A DNA stretch of 64,000 nucleotides, from NCBI GenBank assembly GCA_964106915.2, contig OZ066914.1; one strand, 5' to 3'. Within the stretch, counting starts at the first letter, position 1; each line of letters opens with the position of its first letter. Position numbers and translations under genes: made by a program. This DNA comes from Podarcis gaigeae (Eukaryota). Of the stretch, positions 1 to 15,400 are shown piece after piece. The notes beneath the pieces are model-generated. The model was not told where the DNA came from. It did not search any database and saw only the letters and a program-made list of their open reading frames with translations.

Positions 1-107
1 TGCAAGGTTTCCATTTGGTATGTCCACCTCAGACAGTGGTGCAGTCTTTATTAGAATACTTCTAAGGGTGATTTTTTTAAAAAAATAACTCATCTCTTTC
101 TCTACAG

Positions 108-410
108 ATGTTCCTAGTGAACCAAAGAACGCACGTGTTACCAAGGTGAACAAGGACTGCGTTTTTGTGGCATGGGACAGGCCAGACAGTGATGGAGGCA
201 GCCCAATAACTGGTTATCTCATTGAACGTAAAGAAAGGAACAGTTTGCTTTGGGTGAAGGCCAATGATACACTTGTGCGATCCACAGAATACCCATGTGC
301 AAATTTAATTGAAGGCCTTGAGTACACATTTAGAATCTATGCTCTGAATAAAGCTGGGGCAAGCAAGCCCAGCAAACCAACAGATTTTATTACAGCAAGA
401 ACACCAGTTG
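108..410 (+). CDS. TTN: TTN exon, Fn3 (A48)
   Basis: ctacag|ATG...TTG|gtaagc; 303 nt, phase 1-1. Confidence 0.93.
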
Positions 411-3400
411 GTAAGCAAAATATTTGCATACATTGCATTATGTATAACTATTATTGTTAATACTGAGCCAACTTAAGTACCGTAACATTAGGAGAATATG
501 GGCAAGACTAAACTTTCTTAAACTGCACTGATTTCAACAAATAAAGTAAGCATTTGCTTATTGAATTCCAATGAAAAGCCTTGATTTTGGCTAGATTGTG
601 CCCAAAGTTTAATTTCTCTGGATTTAAAAAGAAAGAAAGAAATATACCATGTTTGTTCAGTGATATGCATCCTTTGTGTTGTGACATTTTCTATCAAATG
701 CCGTAGAATAAACCTGACCTCATTTGTTTTTAGATCCCCCTGGCAAACCCGAGGTTATTGATGTCACTAAGAGTACTGTGTCTCTTGTCTGGGCAAGACC
801 AAAACATGATGGTGGTAGCAAGATACTTGGCTACTTTGTTGAATCCTGTAAACTGCCTGGAGAAAGATGGGTACGATGCAATACCACTCCCCATCAAATA
901 CCCCTGGAAGAGTACACTGCAACTGGTCTGGAAGAAGGTGCACAGTATCAATTTAGAGCCATAGCAAAAACAGCAGTGAACATTAGCTGGCCTTCTGAAC
1001 CTTCTGATCCAATAACCGTTCAGTCAGAAAATGGTAAGGAACGCATTTGAGTACCATTAGAATTGAGCCATACTTTTATCCTTCTCATGGTTATGTGCTC
1101 ATTGGAATGTATTCCCCCCCCCCTTCTACATTTTTTTTTACACTGCAGTACCACCAAAAATAGAACTCGGTGTAGCTATGAAATCCTTGCTTGTAGTAAA
1201 AGCTGGAACCAATGTTTGTCTTGAGGCTAATGTGTTCGGCAAGCCTATGCCAACTATTAGTTGGAAGAAAGAAGGGGAGATCCTGAAACCAGTTGAAGGA
1301 GTCAAGATAACCACCAAGAGAAATTTATCTACTGTGGAGCTCTTCAGCGTAAATAGAAAGCAAACAGGAGATTATACGATCACAGCTGAAAATGCAAGTG
1401 GTTCCAAATCAGCAACTATTAAACTTAAAGTACTAGGTAGGCTAAAAGTTCATTTGAATCAGTGTATTTAAACTTCAGGAAATGTAGCAGTTGGAAGACT
1501 TCACTCACCGCCTAATTTTTCTTTCCCAGACAAGCCTGGTCCTCCAGCTTCAGTTAAGATTGTAAACATGTACACAGACCGAGCAATGCTTTCTTGGGAA
1601 CCTCCTCTTGAAGACGGAGGCTCAGACATTACTAATTACATTGTCGACAAACGGGAAACAAGCAGACCCAACTGGGCTCAAGTCACCGCCAATGTCCCCA
1701 TCACTAGCTGCAGCGTTGAGAAACTAATTGAAGGACATGAGTACCAATTCCGCATTTGTGCTGAAAACAAATATGGAGTGGGTGACCCCATTTTGACTGA
1801 CTCAGCAGTGGCTAAGAATCCATATGGTAAGCTTCTCTCACTGGAGTTTTCTACCCATTTAGTGTCAATCTATGTTTTAACATTTGCTTAAGAACATTTC
1901 AAATTATTATTTATAGATGTGCCTGGACCATGTGAACCACCGATAATTAGTAACATAACAAAAGATTTCATGTCAGTAAGCTGGAAAGCACCTGCTGATG
2001 ATGGCGGATCCCCTGTAACTGGATATATTGTTGAAAAACGTGAAACGAGGGCAGTTAACTGGACAAAAGTGAATAGAAAGCCTGTCATTGAAAGAACCAT
2101 AAAGGCCACTGGACTCCAGGAAGGAACAGAATATGAGTATAGGGTAACTGCACTGAATAAAGCTGGACCCGGCAAACCTAGCGGAGTATCTAAAGCAGTA
2201 TATGCACGTGATCCTCAGTGTAAGTTGAACACATGCACATTTTCTGGTCTTCTGTGACTTGGTGAGTGTGTGCAAATGGGTTTGCCAGATCATAATTGTG
2301 TAATTTCTTGGTGCTTTCCTTCTCAGATCCTCCTGGCCCACCAGCATTCCCAAAAGTGATTGACACCACCCGTAGCTCTATAACCCTGTCTTGGACCAAA
2401 CCAGCATATGATGGTGGAAGCCCCATTATTGGCTACCTTGTTGAAGTAAAACGAGCAGATACAGATAACTGGGTGCGGTGCAATTTGCCAAGGAATTTGC
2501 CAGATACCCGTTACGTTGTGACTGGACTCACGGAGAACACAGAATACCAGTTCCGCATTTATGCTGTCAATAAGGTTGGATATAGTGACCCAAGTGATGT
2601 GCCAGACAAGCACCTGGCCAAGGACATTTTAAGTAAGTTGTCCTGAAAAGAAATTGACTTGTTGACTTTCGTGCATATTGTGGGTATCAGTATAGAAGGT
2701 TTAGTGGAGGGCCTATGAGAAACTAGGGGCTCTGTGCTGCACTGTTTCATGAACTCACATATGTCTAGTCTTTAAACCACTATTCCCTCAGCTGTTAAAA
2801 ACCACACAATCTAGCCACATGCTCCTCATTCTGCTCTGTTTCTAAAATTTTCTTGAGAATGGAATCCTCAGCTTTTCTTTCCAGCTGCACTATCATGGTT
2901 GTACATTTTCCTCTACCCAGAAACACGCTTGCTCCTTCTCTGTCTTGTGTGAAAGAAAACAATGTCCTCCTTCTGAATAATAATGCAAAGGTATCATGTT
3001 TTGAGTGCAAGGCAAGCACACTTTCCCAATGGGAAGCTCCTAGATAGTTGTAGAAAAGTAGGGACCGCAACTTGACTGAAAGTGTAGAGTGGATTCCTCT
3101 CAAAACAAAGGGAGAGAGAAGAATATGAGAAACCACTGGTGTCTGGCTGGGTGGCATGAAAACTGGCAATTAGGGAAGGAAGGCTAGAGTAACATTTAGA
3201 GAGATTTCCTCTCTTTTACTCATCCACTTGCATTTTCTAAAAAAGAAAAAAGAAAGCCTGAGCTTTATTCCCCCTAACATTGTATTTTTGTATTTTTTCT
3301 CTTTCCTTTCCATTCCCATCCTGCCTCAGCCAGTGACACTGATTTTTTAAATTATATTTTAAATTGCTATCATCAGCAATTTATTTGACATCTACTTTTA

Positions 3401-6400
3401 TTTACAATGCAGTTCCACCTGAGGGAGAGCTTGATGCTGAATTGAGGAAAGTTCTGGTATTACGTGCTGGAGTCACAATGAGGATTTATGTGCCAGTGAG
3501 AGGCCGTCCACCTCCCAAGATTTCTTGGTCTAAAGTGGATGCCAACATAAGAGACAGGCAAGGACTAGATATCAAATCAACTGACTTTGACACTTTCCTG
3601 CGCTGTGAAAATGTAAACAAATACGATTCTGGAAAATATGTCCTGAGTCTGGAGAACGTCTGTGGCAAAAAAGCATACACAATGGTTGTCAAAGTACTTG
3701 GTAAGTGCTACGTGATTGCCTATTATGGTCTTAACTATCCATACACGTTTTATTTTATATATTTTGGTCATTAACTGGAATGGTTTATTTGCGTCTGTAC
3801 AGATACTCCTGGGCCACCTATTAATCTGATTGTAAAAGAAGCATCTAAAGATTCTGCCTTTATTTCATGGGAACCTCCTATAATTGATGGCGGGAGTCCA
3901 GTGAAGAACTATGTGGTTGAAAAACGTGATGCAGAGAGAAAGTCGTGGTCTACAGTAGCCACAGAGTGTCCGAAAACAAGTTTCAGGATCTCTAACTTGG
4001 AGGAAGGCAAATCTTACTTCTTCAGGGTTTTTGCTGAAAATGAATATGGCATTGGCGACCCCTGTGAAACTCGGGATGCGGTTAAAGCTTCTGGTGAGAA
4101 TGTTCACATGATTACCCTATCAGGCTATTGTTAAAAGGCTCTTGTGCATCTAACTTTATATTAGCGATTTGTTCATCATTATATTCTTTCTCCCTGCTAG
4201 AAACACCTGGACCTGTTGTGGACTTAAAGGCTTTGGCTGTGACAAAGTCATCCTGCAATGTATCATGGAAAAAGCCCATTAGCGATGGTGGAAGCCGCAT
4301 TAATGCATATATCGTTGAACTTATGACTGGTGAAAATCAGTGGCAGGAAGTTATGAGGTCAAAGAATCTCCAGTATTCAACAAGAGACTTAACAGAAGGC
4401 AAAGAATATACCTTCAGAGTGAGAGCACAAAATGAAGCTGGGTATGGAACACCTAATGAAATTACAGTGCTGGCAAGAGACGATATAGGTGAGTAGATTC
4501 ATACATTTTCTCGTTCACAGAGCACACTGCATATGTCAGTATAGTGAACGATAGAACTACCCTTAACTACGCTTAAAACGGGGGGGGGCGCCCTTTGCAT
4601 GGATGCGTGCAGCCCCTAGATCTGGAGCGGCTCCAACAGCATAGGCTTGGCTTTGCCTTCCTTCAGGTGGGATACCTGGAGGTCTCTGCCTACCTCAGTC
4701 AGTTGTCCAATCCCACCTGGGGGAAGCGTTGCCAAGGAGACCAGGCCAGGTAGGGGAGGGATTACCTGCCCACACAATACAAAACCTTTCGTTCTTTTAC
4801 AGAACAGAAGTTACTGAAATGAAGCAACTGTATTCACTGCACTGAACATACAATGATAATAACAATAATATAATAATTTATTATTTATACCCCACCCATC
4901 TGGCTGGGTCCCCCCAGCCACTCTGGGCAGCTTCCAACAAAACACTAAAATACAATAACCTATTAAACATTAAAAGCATCCCTAAACAGGGCTGCCTTTA
5001 GATGTCTTCTAAAAGTTTGGTAGTTATTTTTCTCTTTGACATCTGGTGGGAGGGCGTTCCATAGGGCGGGCACCACTACCGAGAAGGCCCTCGGCACTGG
5101 ACCTCAGTGTCCGGGCTGAATGATGGAGGTGGAGACACTCCTTCAGGTATACTGGACCGAGGCCATTTAGGGCTTTAAAGATCAGCACCAACACTTTGAA
5201 TTGTGCTCGGAAATGTACATACAATCATTCAATACCTTTTTGTCTTCCAGTGGCACCTGATCTTGATTTAAAAGACCTGCCAGGCTTGTGCTATTTAGCT
5301 AGAGAAGGAAGCAGTTTCCGCCTGAAAATCCCTATTAAAGGCAAACCAGCACCAACGGTGACATGGAAAAAAGGGGAAGACCTGGCTCTTACTGAGTCAG
5401 GAAGAGTTGCATTTGAAGCTACAGCAGTTAACACCTCACTCCTTGTACGTGATTGTCATAAAGATGATGCTGGGAAATATACAATCAAACTGAAGAACAT
5501 TGCTGGCAGTAAAGAAGCGACTATTTCTGTGAAGGTTGTTGGCAAACCTGGAATCCCAACAGGACCTGTGAAATTTGATGAAGTCACAGCTGATGCCATG
5601 ACATTAAAATGGGCTCCTCCCAAAGATGATGGTGGTTCAGAAATCACTAACTACATTATTGAGAAGAGAGACAATGTGAATAATAAATGGGTCACATGTG
5701 TGTCTGCTGTGCAGAAAACTACCTTCAGAGTCACAAGACTTCATGAAGGCAGTGAATATACTTTCAGAATCAGTGCTGAAAATAAATATGGAGTCGGCGA
5801 AGGTCTTAAATCTGACCCAATAATCGCAAGGCATCCATTTGGTAAGCACAAAAAAATATGTTTGTTGTGAAGCATTCTGTCATTTAAGGTTCAGTCTAAT
5901 TCTCTCTTATATTTATTATATTTCTAGATGTTCCCGATGCTCCACCACCACCCAAAATTGTTGAGATTAGGCGTGATTCTGCCTATTTAACATGGACAGA
6001 CCCCAAAAAGACAGGTGGCTCACCTATCACAGGTATTTCTTTTGACATTTAATTTTGCATAAGATTCCCCAAGGTGTTAAATCCTAGGATCACAAATGCC
6101 AATCATGATGTAACACATGTTCCTACCCTCCACCAGCTTTTGCAATGTCCAGACCCAACTAACGTCAAGGCTCTGGTGTCTGTAAGGCCCGAGGGGGGCA
6201 TGTTGAGAAGCAGCTTAGATTCAAAGCCTTCCAGTGCTACAAATCAGTGAGATACTGAGCCACATTTCCAACGGGAGGGGGAAATACAAGTGACAAAAGA
6301 GTTCAGAGTGTTCCTCTGCCCTACTGGCTTAAGCCTGGCATGGCAATGGATAAGGCAGTAGAGCTATCTTCATATTTCACTACCACCACCTCAGGATTGT

Positions 6401-9400
6401 ACTGCAAAGCTTGTTAAGTAGCCAGTTGCCTGATGTCCTGCGATGATGGCAGAAACTGCTCAGAGATATCAGACAAGGATGCTTTTGCATATTAAAAAAG
6501 TTGGTTCCTATCCACCCCCATTTTTGTTTACCTTTTGAAATACTAAGCATGTGTTTCCTGTGCTTGTATGCTTTTGTAGGTTACCACCTTGAATATAAAG
6601 AAAGAAATAGTATTTTGTGGAAGCGAGCAAACAAGAGCCCACTAAAGATGAGAGACTTCAGAGTGACAGGGTTAACGGAAGGTTTGGAATATGAATTCAG
6701 AGTGATGGCAATCAATCTTGCTGGAGTTGGTAAACCAAGTCTGCCTTCTGAGCCAATTGTAGCCCTTGATCCAATTGGTAAGCTTCCCAAATTAAAGAGA
6801 TAAGTCTTCATGTGTTAGAAAACTGTGATATACATTTTTTACTATTTCTGTATTCTGTTGTTTTCAGATCCTCCTGGGAAGCCTGAAGTTATCAGTGTGA
6901 CTAGAAACTCAGTGACTCTGATCTGGACAGAACCAAAATATGATGGCGGACATAAATTAATTGGCTACATAGTGGAGAAACGTGATCTACCTTCAAAGAC
7001 TTGGATGAAGGCAAACCATGTGAATGTTCAGGAATGTGCATATACAGTAACTGACCTGTTTGAAGGATCTAAATATGAATTCAGAATTAGAGCTAAGAAT
7101 ACCGCTGGTGCTATTAGTCCTCCATCAGAATCTACTGGAGCCATTATATGCAAGGATGAGTATGGTACGTATTCCCTGTAAAGGCACACACCAGTTTTTA
7201 ATGTTTTAAGTATCTTCTTTCCTAAAAGAGATGCGGGTGGCACTGTGGGTTAAACCACAGAGCCTAGGACTTGCCGATCAGAAGGTCGGCGGTTCGAATC
7301 CCCGCGACGGGGTGAGCTCCCGTTACTCAGTCCCAGCTCCTGCCAACCTAGCAGTTCAAAAGCACATCAAAGTGCAAGTAGATAAATAGGTACCGCTCCT
7401 GCGGGAAGGTAAACAGTGTTTCCGTGCGCTGCTCTGGTTCTCCAGAAGCGGCTTAGTCATTCTGGCCACATGACCCGGAAGCTGTACGCCGGCTCTCTCG
7501 GCCAATAAAGTGAGATGAGCGCCGTAACCCCAGAGTCAGTCACGACTGGACCTAATGGTCAGGGGTCCCTTTACCTTTATCTTCTTTCCTAACATATTAA
7601 TTCTCTTTTACAGAGGCACCAACTATTGTTATTGATCCTACTGTCAAAGAAGGCCTGACTGTTAAGGCAGGAGACACCATCTCAATGTCTGCTATTAGCA
7701 TCCGTGGCAAGCCACTTCCAACTTCAGTGTGGTCTAAAGGAGGCAAAGATTTCAAGCTTTCAGAGACCGTTCATATTGAATCAACTCCAACTTCTTCCAC
7801 GCTTTCTGTCAAGTATGCCGCTAGAAAAGATTCTGGTGAATATACGATCACTGCAACCAATCCTTTTGGTACTAAAGAAGAACACGTACATGTAAAAGTT
7901 TTAGATGTACCAGGCCCACCTGGACCAGTTGAAGTGAGCAATGTTTCAGCTGAAAAGGCTACTCTCACATGGACACCCCCAACAGAAGATGGCGGGTCAC
8001 CAATCAAGTCTTATGTACTTGAAAAGAGAGAAACTAGCCGCCTTCTATGGACTCAAGTTGCTGAAGACATTCAGTCTTGTAGGCATGTTGTGACTAAGCT
8101 TATTCAAGGAAATGAGTACCTTTTCCGTGTTTCTGCTGTGAATCAGTATGGCAAAGGAGAACCATCTCAATCAGAGCCAGTTAAAATGGTGGATAGATTT
8201 GGTAAGCAAAACTAGTCAAAAGGTATATGAATTTACTGCTGTATATATAAAAAAACATTTATGTGTTTATCAAAACCTGTTTTCCTCCTTTTAGGGCCTC
8301 CTGGTCCACCTGGTAAACCAGAAGTATCAAATATTACGAAAAACACTGTTACTGTAACCTGGAAAAGGCCAACTGATGACGGTGGCAGCGAAATCACAGG
8401 CTACCATGTGGAAAGAAGAGAAAGAAAAGGCGTGAGATGGGTCAGAGTTACAAAGAAACCAGTATCAGACCTTCGATGCAAAGTGACTGGACTCCTAGAA
8501 GGAAATGAATATGAATTCCGTGTCAGTGCAGAAAACAGGGCAGGAATTGGGCCACCAAGTGATATTTCTCAACCAGTATTAACCAAGGATGCTGCATGTT
8601 AGTATGATTTCTATACTTGGGGGGGGGGGGAATCCCTTTATAAGATGATTATAAGGATTCCAATCAAATAAAATGTGTTGCCTTTTTTCATTATTTATAG
8701 ATCCACCAGGACCTCCTTCCAACCCACGAGTAACTGATACAACAAAGACAACTGCTAGCCTAGCATGGGGTAAACCTCACTATGATGGCGGACTTGATAT
8801 AATCGGCTATATTGTGGAGCACCAAAAAGAAGGAGAAGACACATGGGTGAAAGATACCACGGGGACTGCTCTAAGAATCACAGAATTTGTGGTTGCTAAT
8901 CTCCAGCCAGGAGCAAAATACAACTTTAGAATTATTGCCCTCAATGCTGCTGGCGCTGGTGAACCAGCAATGATAAAAGATGTTGAGATCAGGGAACGTG
9001 AAGTAGCTCCTGATTTTGAATTAGACGCCGAGCTGAGGAAAACTCTTGTTGTTAGAGCTGGACTGACCATTCGGGTATTTGTTCCAATTAAAGGGCGCCC
9101 AGTTCCTGAAATCACATGGACCAAGGATGATATTTCACTTAAAGGACGTGCCAGTATTGAAAATACAGACTCTTTCACACTTCTCATTGTCACAGAATGC
9201 AATAGATATGATGCAGGAAAGTATGTCATGACCCTTGAAAATGCTGCTGGCAAGAAGACTGGTTTTGTAAATGTGAAAGTCTTGGATACACCAGGGCCAC
9301 CAATAAATCTCAAGCCCAGAGACATATCTAAAGATACCATCACCCTACAATGGGATATGCCTCTAATTGATGGTGGTTCACGCATAACAAATTATATAGT

Positions 9401-12400
9401 TGAAAAACGTGAGTCAACACGAAAGGCATATTCAACCATCACAACAAAGTGCCCAAAATGTTCACTTAGGATTCCTAATTTGGCTGAAGGGTGTGAATAT
9501 TACTTCAGAGTATTTGCTGAAAACGAATTTGGAATTGGTGAACCTGCCGAAACTGCTGAACCTGTAAGAGCGTCAGAGGCACCATCACCACCAGAGAGCC
9601 TTAATATCATGGATATCACAAGGAAGACAGTCAGCCTTGCTTGGCCAAAGCCCGAACATGATGGTGGTAGCAAGATTACTGGCTATGTTATTGAAGCCCA
9701 GAAAAAAGGTTCAACTCAGTGGACACATATCACAACTGTGAAAACATTAGAATGTGTGGTAAAGAATCTGACTGAAAATGAAGAATATACTTTCCAGGTT
9801 ATGGCAGTTAATAGTGCTGGAAGAAGTGATCCAAGAGAAAGCAGACCAGTTGTCGTTAAAGAGCAAATGATGCTTCCAGAATTTGATTTGCGTGGCATTT
9901 ACCAGAAAACAGTAATTGCCAGAGCTGGTGACAATATCAAAGTTGAAATACCTGTGCTTGGTCGCCCAAGGCCAACTATTACTTGGAAAAAAGAAGACCA
10001 GTTAATTAAACAAACTCAAAGAGTAAACTTTGAACATACTGCTTCTGCAACCATCTTAACCATTAATGAATGCACTAGAAACGATAGCGGCAGATACCCA
10101 ATCTCAGCTAAAAATATTGTTGGTGAAGTTAGCGATGTTATAACTATACAGGTGCATGATGTTCCTGGACCTCCCACAGGGCCAATCAAATTTGAAGAAG
10201 TTTCATCCGACTATGTCACCTTCTCATGGGAACCTCCACTGAATGATGGAGGGGTGCCAATAAGTAACTATGTTGTAGAAATGCGTAAAACCGACAGTAC
10301 TGCATGGGCTGAGTTAGCAACTACTGTTATACGTACTACTTTTAAAGCTGCTCGCCTCACTACTGGGACAGAGTACCAATTCCGTGTTAAAGCTCAGAAC
10401 AGATATGGTTCAGGACCATCTATCAGTTCAGAGAATGTAATTGCTAACTATCCTTTTAAAGTTCCTGGACCTCCAGGCACTCCTCAAGTGATTGCAGTCA
10501 CAAAAGATGCAATTAGCATTAGCTGGCATGAGCCTCTGACAGATGGAGGAAGCCCCATTTTGGGATATCACATTGAGCAAAAAGAACGAAATAGCATTCT
10601 TTGGCAGACCGTAAGTAAAGCTTTGATATCAGTAAATACCTTCAAATCAAGTGGTCTTACATCTGGCCTTGCCTATGAATTCCGAGTTATAGCAGAAAAT
10701 ATGGCAGGCAAGAGTAAACCAAGCAAGCCATCTGAGCCAGCATTGGCCCTGGACCCTATTGATCCTCCTGGGAAGCCAGTTCCTCTCAATATTACAAGAC
10801 ATGCAGTAGCACTTAAGTGGAAAAAACCTGAATATAATGGAGGTTTTAAGATAACTGGCTATACTGTTGAAAAAAGAGATCTTCCTAATGGCCGATGGCT
10901 AAAGGCTAACTTTGGCAATATACTAGAAACTGAGTTCACTGTTAGTGGTCTCACAGAAGGTGCTGCTTATGAATTCCGTGTGATTGCTAGAAACGCGGCC
11001 GGTGCTGTTAGCCACCCATCCGAACCATCAGATGCAATAACGTGCAGAGATGAGATTGAAGCACCAAGGATAATGGTTGATGCTAAATACAAAGACACTT
11101 TGATATTAAAAGCGGGTGAAATTTTCAAACTTGAAGCTGACGTTTCAGGTCGCCCTCCACCAACTCTGACATGGACGAAAGAAGGAAAGGAGCTTGAAGA
11201 CACAGCAAAATTAGAAATTAAAATAGCTGATTTCTCAACTGTTCTTCATAATAAGGACTCTATAAGAAGAGATGGAGGTGCCTACACACTTACAGCCTCC
11301 AATCCAGGTGGCTTTGCAAAACATATTTTCAATGTCAAAGTACTAGACAGACCTGGTCCTCCAGAAGGGCCTTTGGCTGTGTCTGATGTTACCATAGAAA
11401 AATGTGTCCTGTCATGGTTACCACCTTTGGATGATGGAGGCGCAAGTATTGACCATTATGTTGTTGAGAAACGTGAGACTAGCAGATTGGCATGGACAAC
11501 TGTAGCCACAGAAGTTCCAGTAACAAAATTAAAGGTCACAAAGCTATTGAAAGGCAATGAATATATCTTCCGTGTTATGGCTGTTAACAAATATGGCCTT
11601 GGCGAAGCCCTGGAATCAGAGCCTGTTCTTGCAGTAAATCCTTATGTAGTACCTGATCCACCGAAGACACCTGAAGTTACAGCTGCAACCAAAGATTCTA
11701 TGATTGTGTGCTGGGGACACCCTGATTCTGATGGTGGAAGCCCTATAATCAATTATATTGTAGAACGTCGTGACAGAGCTGGACTACGCTGGGTGAAATG
11801 TAACAAGCGGGTTGTCACAGATTTGCGCTATAAAGTATCTGGACTCACAGAAGGTCATGAATATGAATACCGAGTGAAAGCTGAAAATGCTGCTGGTGTA
11901 AGTGAACCAAGTCTAAGCAGTCCATTCTACAAAGCTGCTGATACTGTATTTAAGCCAGGTCCACCAGGTAATCCTCGTGTATTAGACACAAGCAAGTCCT
12001 CAATTACAATTGCTTGGAATAAGCCAATATATGATGGTGGCTCAGAAATCACAGGCTACATGGTTGAAACAGCATTACCTGATGAAGATGAGTGGAAAAT
12101 TGTAACTCCACCAGCAGGGCTGAAGGCGACTTCCTTTACCATCACTAATCTAAAAGAAAACCAGGAATATAAAATCAGAATATATGCTATGAACTCTGAA
12201 GGCATTGGAGAACCTGCTCTTGTTCCTGGGACACCAAAAGCTGAAGAAAGGGTACTGCCTCCTGAGATTGAACTTGATGCAGACCTACGTAAAGTTGTGA
12301 CCCTCAGAGCTTGCTGCACTTTAAGACTCTTCGTCCCAATTAAAGGAAGACCAGTGCCTGAAGTGAAATGGTCAAGAGAACATGGAGAGTCTTTAGACAA

Positions 12401-15400
12401 AGCCACTATTGAATCCACAAGCTCTTATACACTACTTACAGTTGGAAATGTGAATAGATTTGACAGTGGCAAATATATACTGACTGTAGAAAACAGCTCA
12501 GGCAGTAAATCAGCATTTGTAATTGTAAGGGTTCTTGATACACCTGGCGCCCCACAGAATCTGAAGATAAAAGAGGTTACAAAGTCATCTGTGACTCTCA
12601 CGTGGGACCCTCCCCTCATAGATGGTGGCTCTAAAATTAAAAATTATATTATTGAAAAACGTGAGGCAACAAGAAAAGCATATTCAACAGTTATGGCCAA
12701 TTGCCATAAGACCAGCTGGAAAGTGGACAATCTACAGGAAGGTTGCAACTATTATTTCAGAGTTCTAGCTGAAAATGAATATGGAATAGGGCTTCCTGTT
12801 GAAACATCAGACTCTATTAAGGCATCTGAAAGGCCTCTTCCTCCAGGAAAAATAACTATATTAGATGTGACACGAAAGAGTGTATCTTTGTCTTGGGAAA
12901 AACCTGAACATGATGGAGGAAGCAGAATTTTGGGCTACATTGTAGAAATGCAAAGCAAAGGCAGTGAGAAATGGGCCACATGCACTACTGTAAAAGTTAC
13001 TGAAGCTGTTATAACTGGACTGATCCAGGGTGAAGAATATTCTTTCCGTGTTTCAGCTCAGAATGAAAAAGGAATCAGTGATCCTCGACAATTGAGTGTA
13101 CCAGTTATTGCGAAAGATCTTGTGATACCACCAGCCTTCAAACTGTTATTCACTACCTTCAGTGTACTAGCAGGTGAAGACTTAAAGGTTGATGTTCCAT
13201 TTGTTGGTCGACCCAAGCCATCTGTAACGTGGCTCAAAGATGATGTGCCACTGAGACAAACTACTAGAGTAAACGAAGAAAATACAGACAACAACACTTT
13301 GCTAACAATAAAAGAAGCATGTAGAGAAGATGTTGGACAATATTTAGTAAAACTTTCTAACTCTGCTGGGGAAGCTACTGAAATTCTTAACATTGTTGTC
13401 CTTGACAAGCCAGGACCTCCAACTGGACCAGTGAAGATTGAAGACGTAACTGCAGACAATATTACCATTTCCTGGGGACCACCCAAATATGATGGTGGCA
13501 GTTCTATCAACAATTATATTGTGGAAAAACGAGACACCTCCACTACTACTTGGCAGATTGTTTCAGCTACCGTTGCCCGAACAACTCTAAAAGCAGCTAG
13601 ATTAAAGACTGGAAGTGAGTATCAATTCAGAATTGCTGCTGAAAACAGATATGGAAAGAGTACATATCTCACATCAGAGTCTGTGGTAGCCCAGTATCCA
13701 TACAAACTACCTGGGCCTCCTGGAACTCCTTTTGTACCAAAAGTCTCCAGGGATAGTATGGTTGTACACTGGAATGAACCAGTCAATGATGGTGGCAGCA
13801 AGATTATTGGTTATCATTTGGAGCGCAAGGAAAGAAACAGCATACTCTGGGTTAAATTGAACAAAGCGGCAATTCCTGACACTAACTTTAAAACAACCGG
13901 ACTTGAGGAAGGCCTTGAATATGAATTCAGAGTTTATGCAGAAAATATAGTTGGTATCGGCAAAGCAAGTAAAGGTTCAGAATGCTACAAAGCTTATGAT
14001 CCTTGTGATCCTCCTGGTCGTCCAGAGCCTATCATCGTCACAAGGAACTCTGTTACTCTTCAGTGGAAGAAACCAGCATATGATGGCGGAAGCAAGATCA
14101 CCGGCTACATAGTTGAGAAGAAGGAGCTACCTGAAGGCCGCTGGATGAAAGCAAGCTTTACAAATGTTATTGAGACCCAGTTTGCAGTAACTGGCCTAGT
14201 TGAAGATCAAAGGTATGAGTTCCGTGTCATTGCACGCAACGCTGCAGGCGTTTTCAGTGAGCCATCTGAAAGCTCGGGGGCAGTCACAGCAAGAGATGAA
14301 GTAGAGCCACCTCGCATAAGTATGGACCCCAAATTTAAAGAAACCCTTGTACTGCATGCTGGCGAATCGTTCAAGATTGACGCAGACGTTCACGGTAAGC
14401 CGCTGCCTTCTATTCAGTGGCTAAAAGGCGACAAGGAACTAATGAATACTGCACGCTTGGATATAAAAACGACAGACTTTGCCACAAGCCTAAGCGTCAA
14501 AGAAGCCATTCGCGTTGACAGTGGGCATTATGTATTGCTGGCCAAGAATGCTGCAGGTGAAAAGACAGCTTCTGTTCATGTTAAGGTTCTTGACAAACCT
14601 GGCCCACCTGAAGGTCCAGTTGTTGTAACAGGAGTTACTGCTGAAAAGTGTTACCTGGCATGGAAACCCCCATTGCAAGATGGTGGTAGTGACATTTCAC
14701 ATTATGTAATTGAAAGAAGAGAAACAAGCCGCTTAGTCTGGACTTTAGTTGATGGCAATGTACAAACCCTTAGTTACAAAGTTACTAAACTTTTGGAAGG
14801 CAACGAATATATCTTCCGCATCATGGCTGTAAACAAATATGGGGTTGGGGAGCCTCTTGAATCTGAGCCTGTAATGGCTAAAAATCCATTTGTAGTGCCA
14901 CTTCCACCAAAGGCCCCAGAGGTCTCGGCTGTTACCAAGGATTCTATGATTGTCGTATGGGAAAGACCACCCTCTGATGGTGGCAGTGAAATTTTGGGTT
15001 ATGTACTAGAAAAACGTGATAAAGAAGGCATTCGGTGGACAAGATGTAACAAGCGTTTGATAAGTGAACTTCGATACCGAGTTACTGGACTTATAGAAAA
15101 TCATAATTATGAATACAGAGTTTCGGCTGAAAATGCAGCTGGCCTCAGTGAGCCAAGCCTACCTTCTGTTTATCATAAGGCTTGTGACCCTATATACAAA
15201 CCAGGTCCTCCCAACAATCCTAAAGCAATAGATGTTACAAGATCTTCAGTTTTCCTCTCCTGGAGTAAACCAATCTATGATGGTGGCTCAGAAATCCAAG
15301 GATACATTGTTGAAAAATGTGATGTGAGTGTTGGGGACTGGGCAATTTGTACACCACCAACTGGAATTAAGAAAACAAATATGGAAGTAGAAAAATTGCA

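Noticed and set aside
5024-5224. Minus-strand 66-aa ORF, and similar ORFs at 59038-59428 and 62625-62852
   Set aside because: Decayed L2 ORF2 remnants, truncated and frameshifted.
7228-7305. tRNA-like A/B boxes as a tRNA gene
   Set aside because: They are the head of a Sauria SINE with body, tail and TSD.
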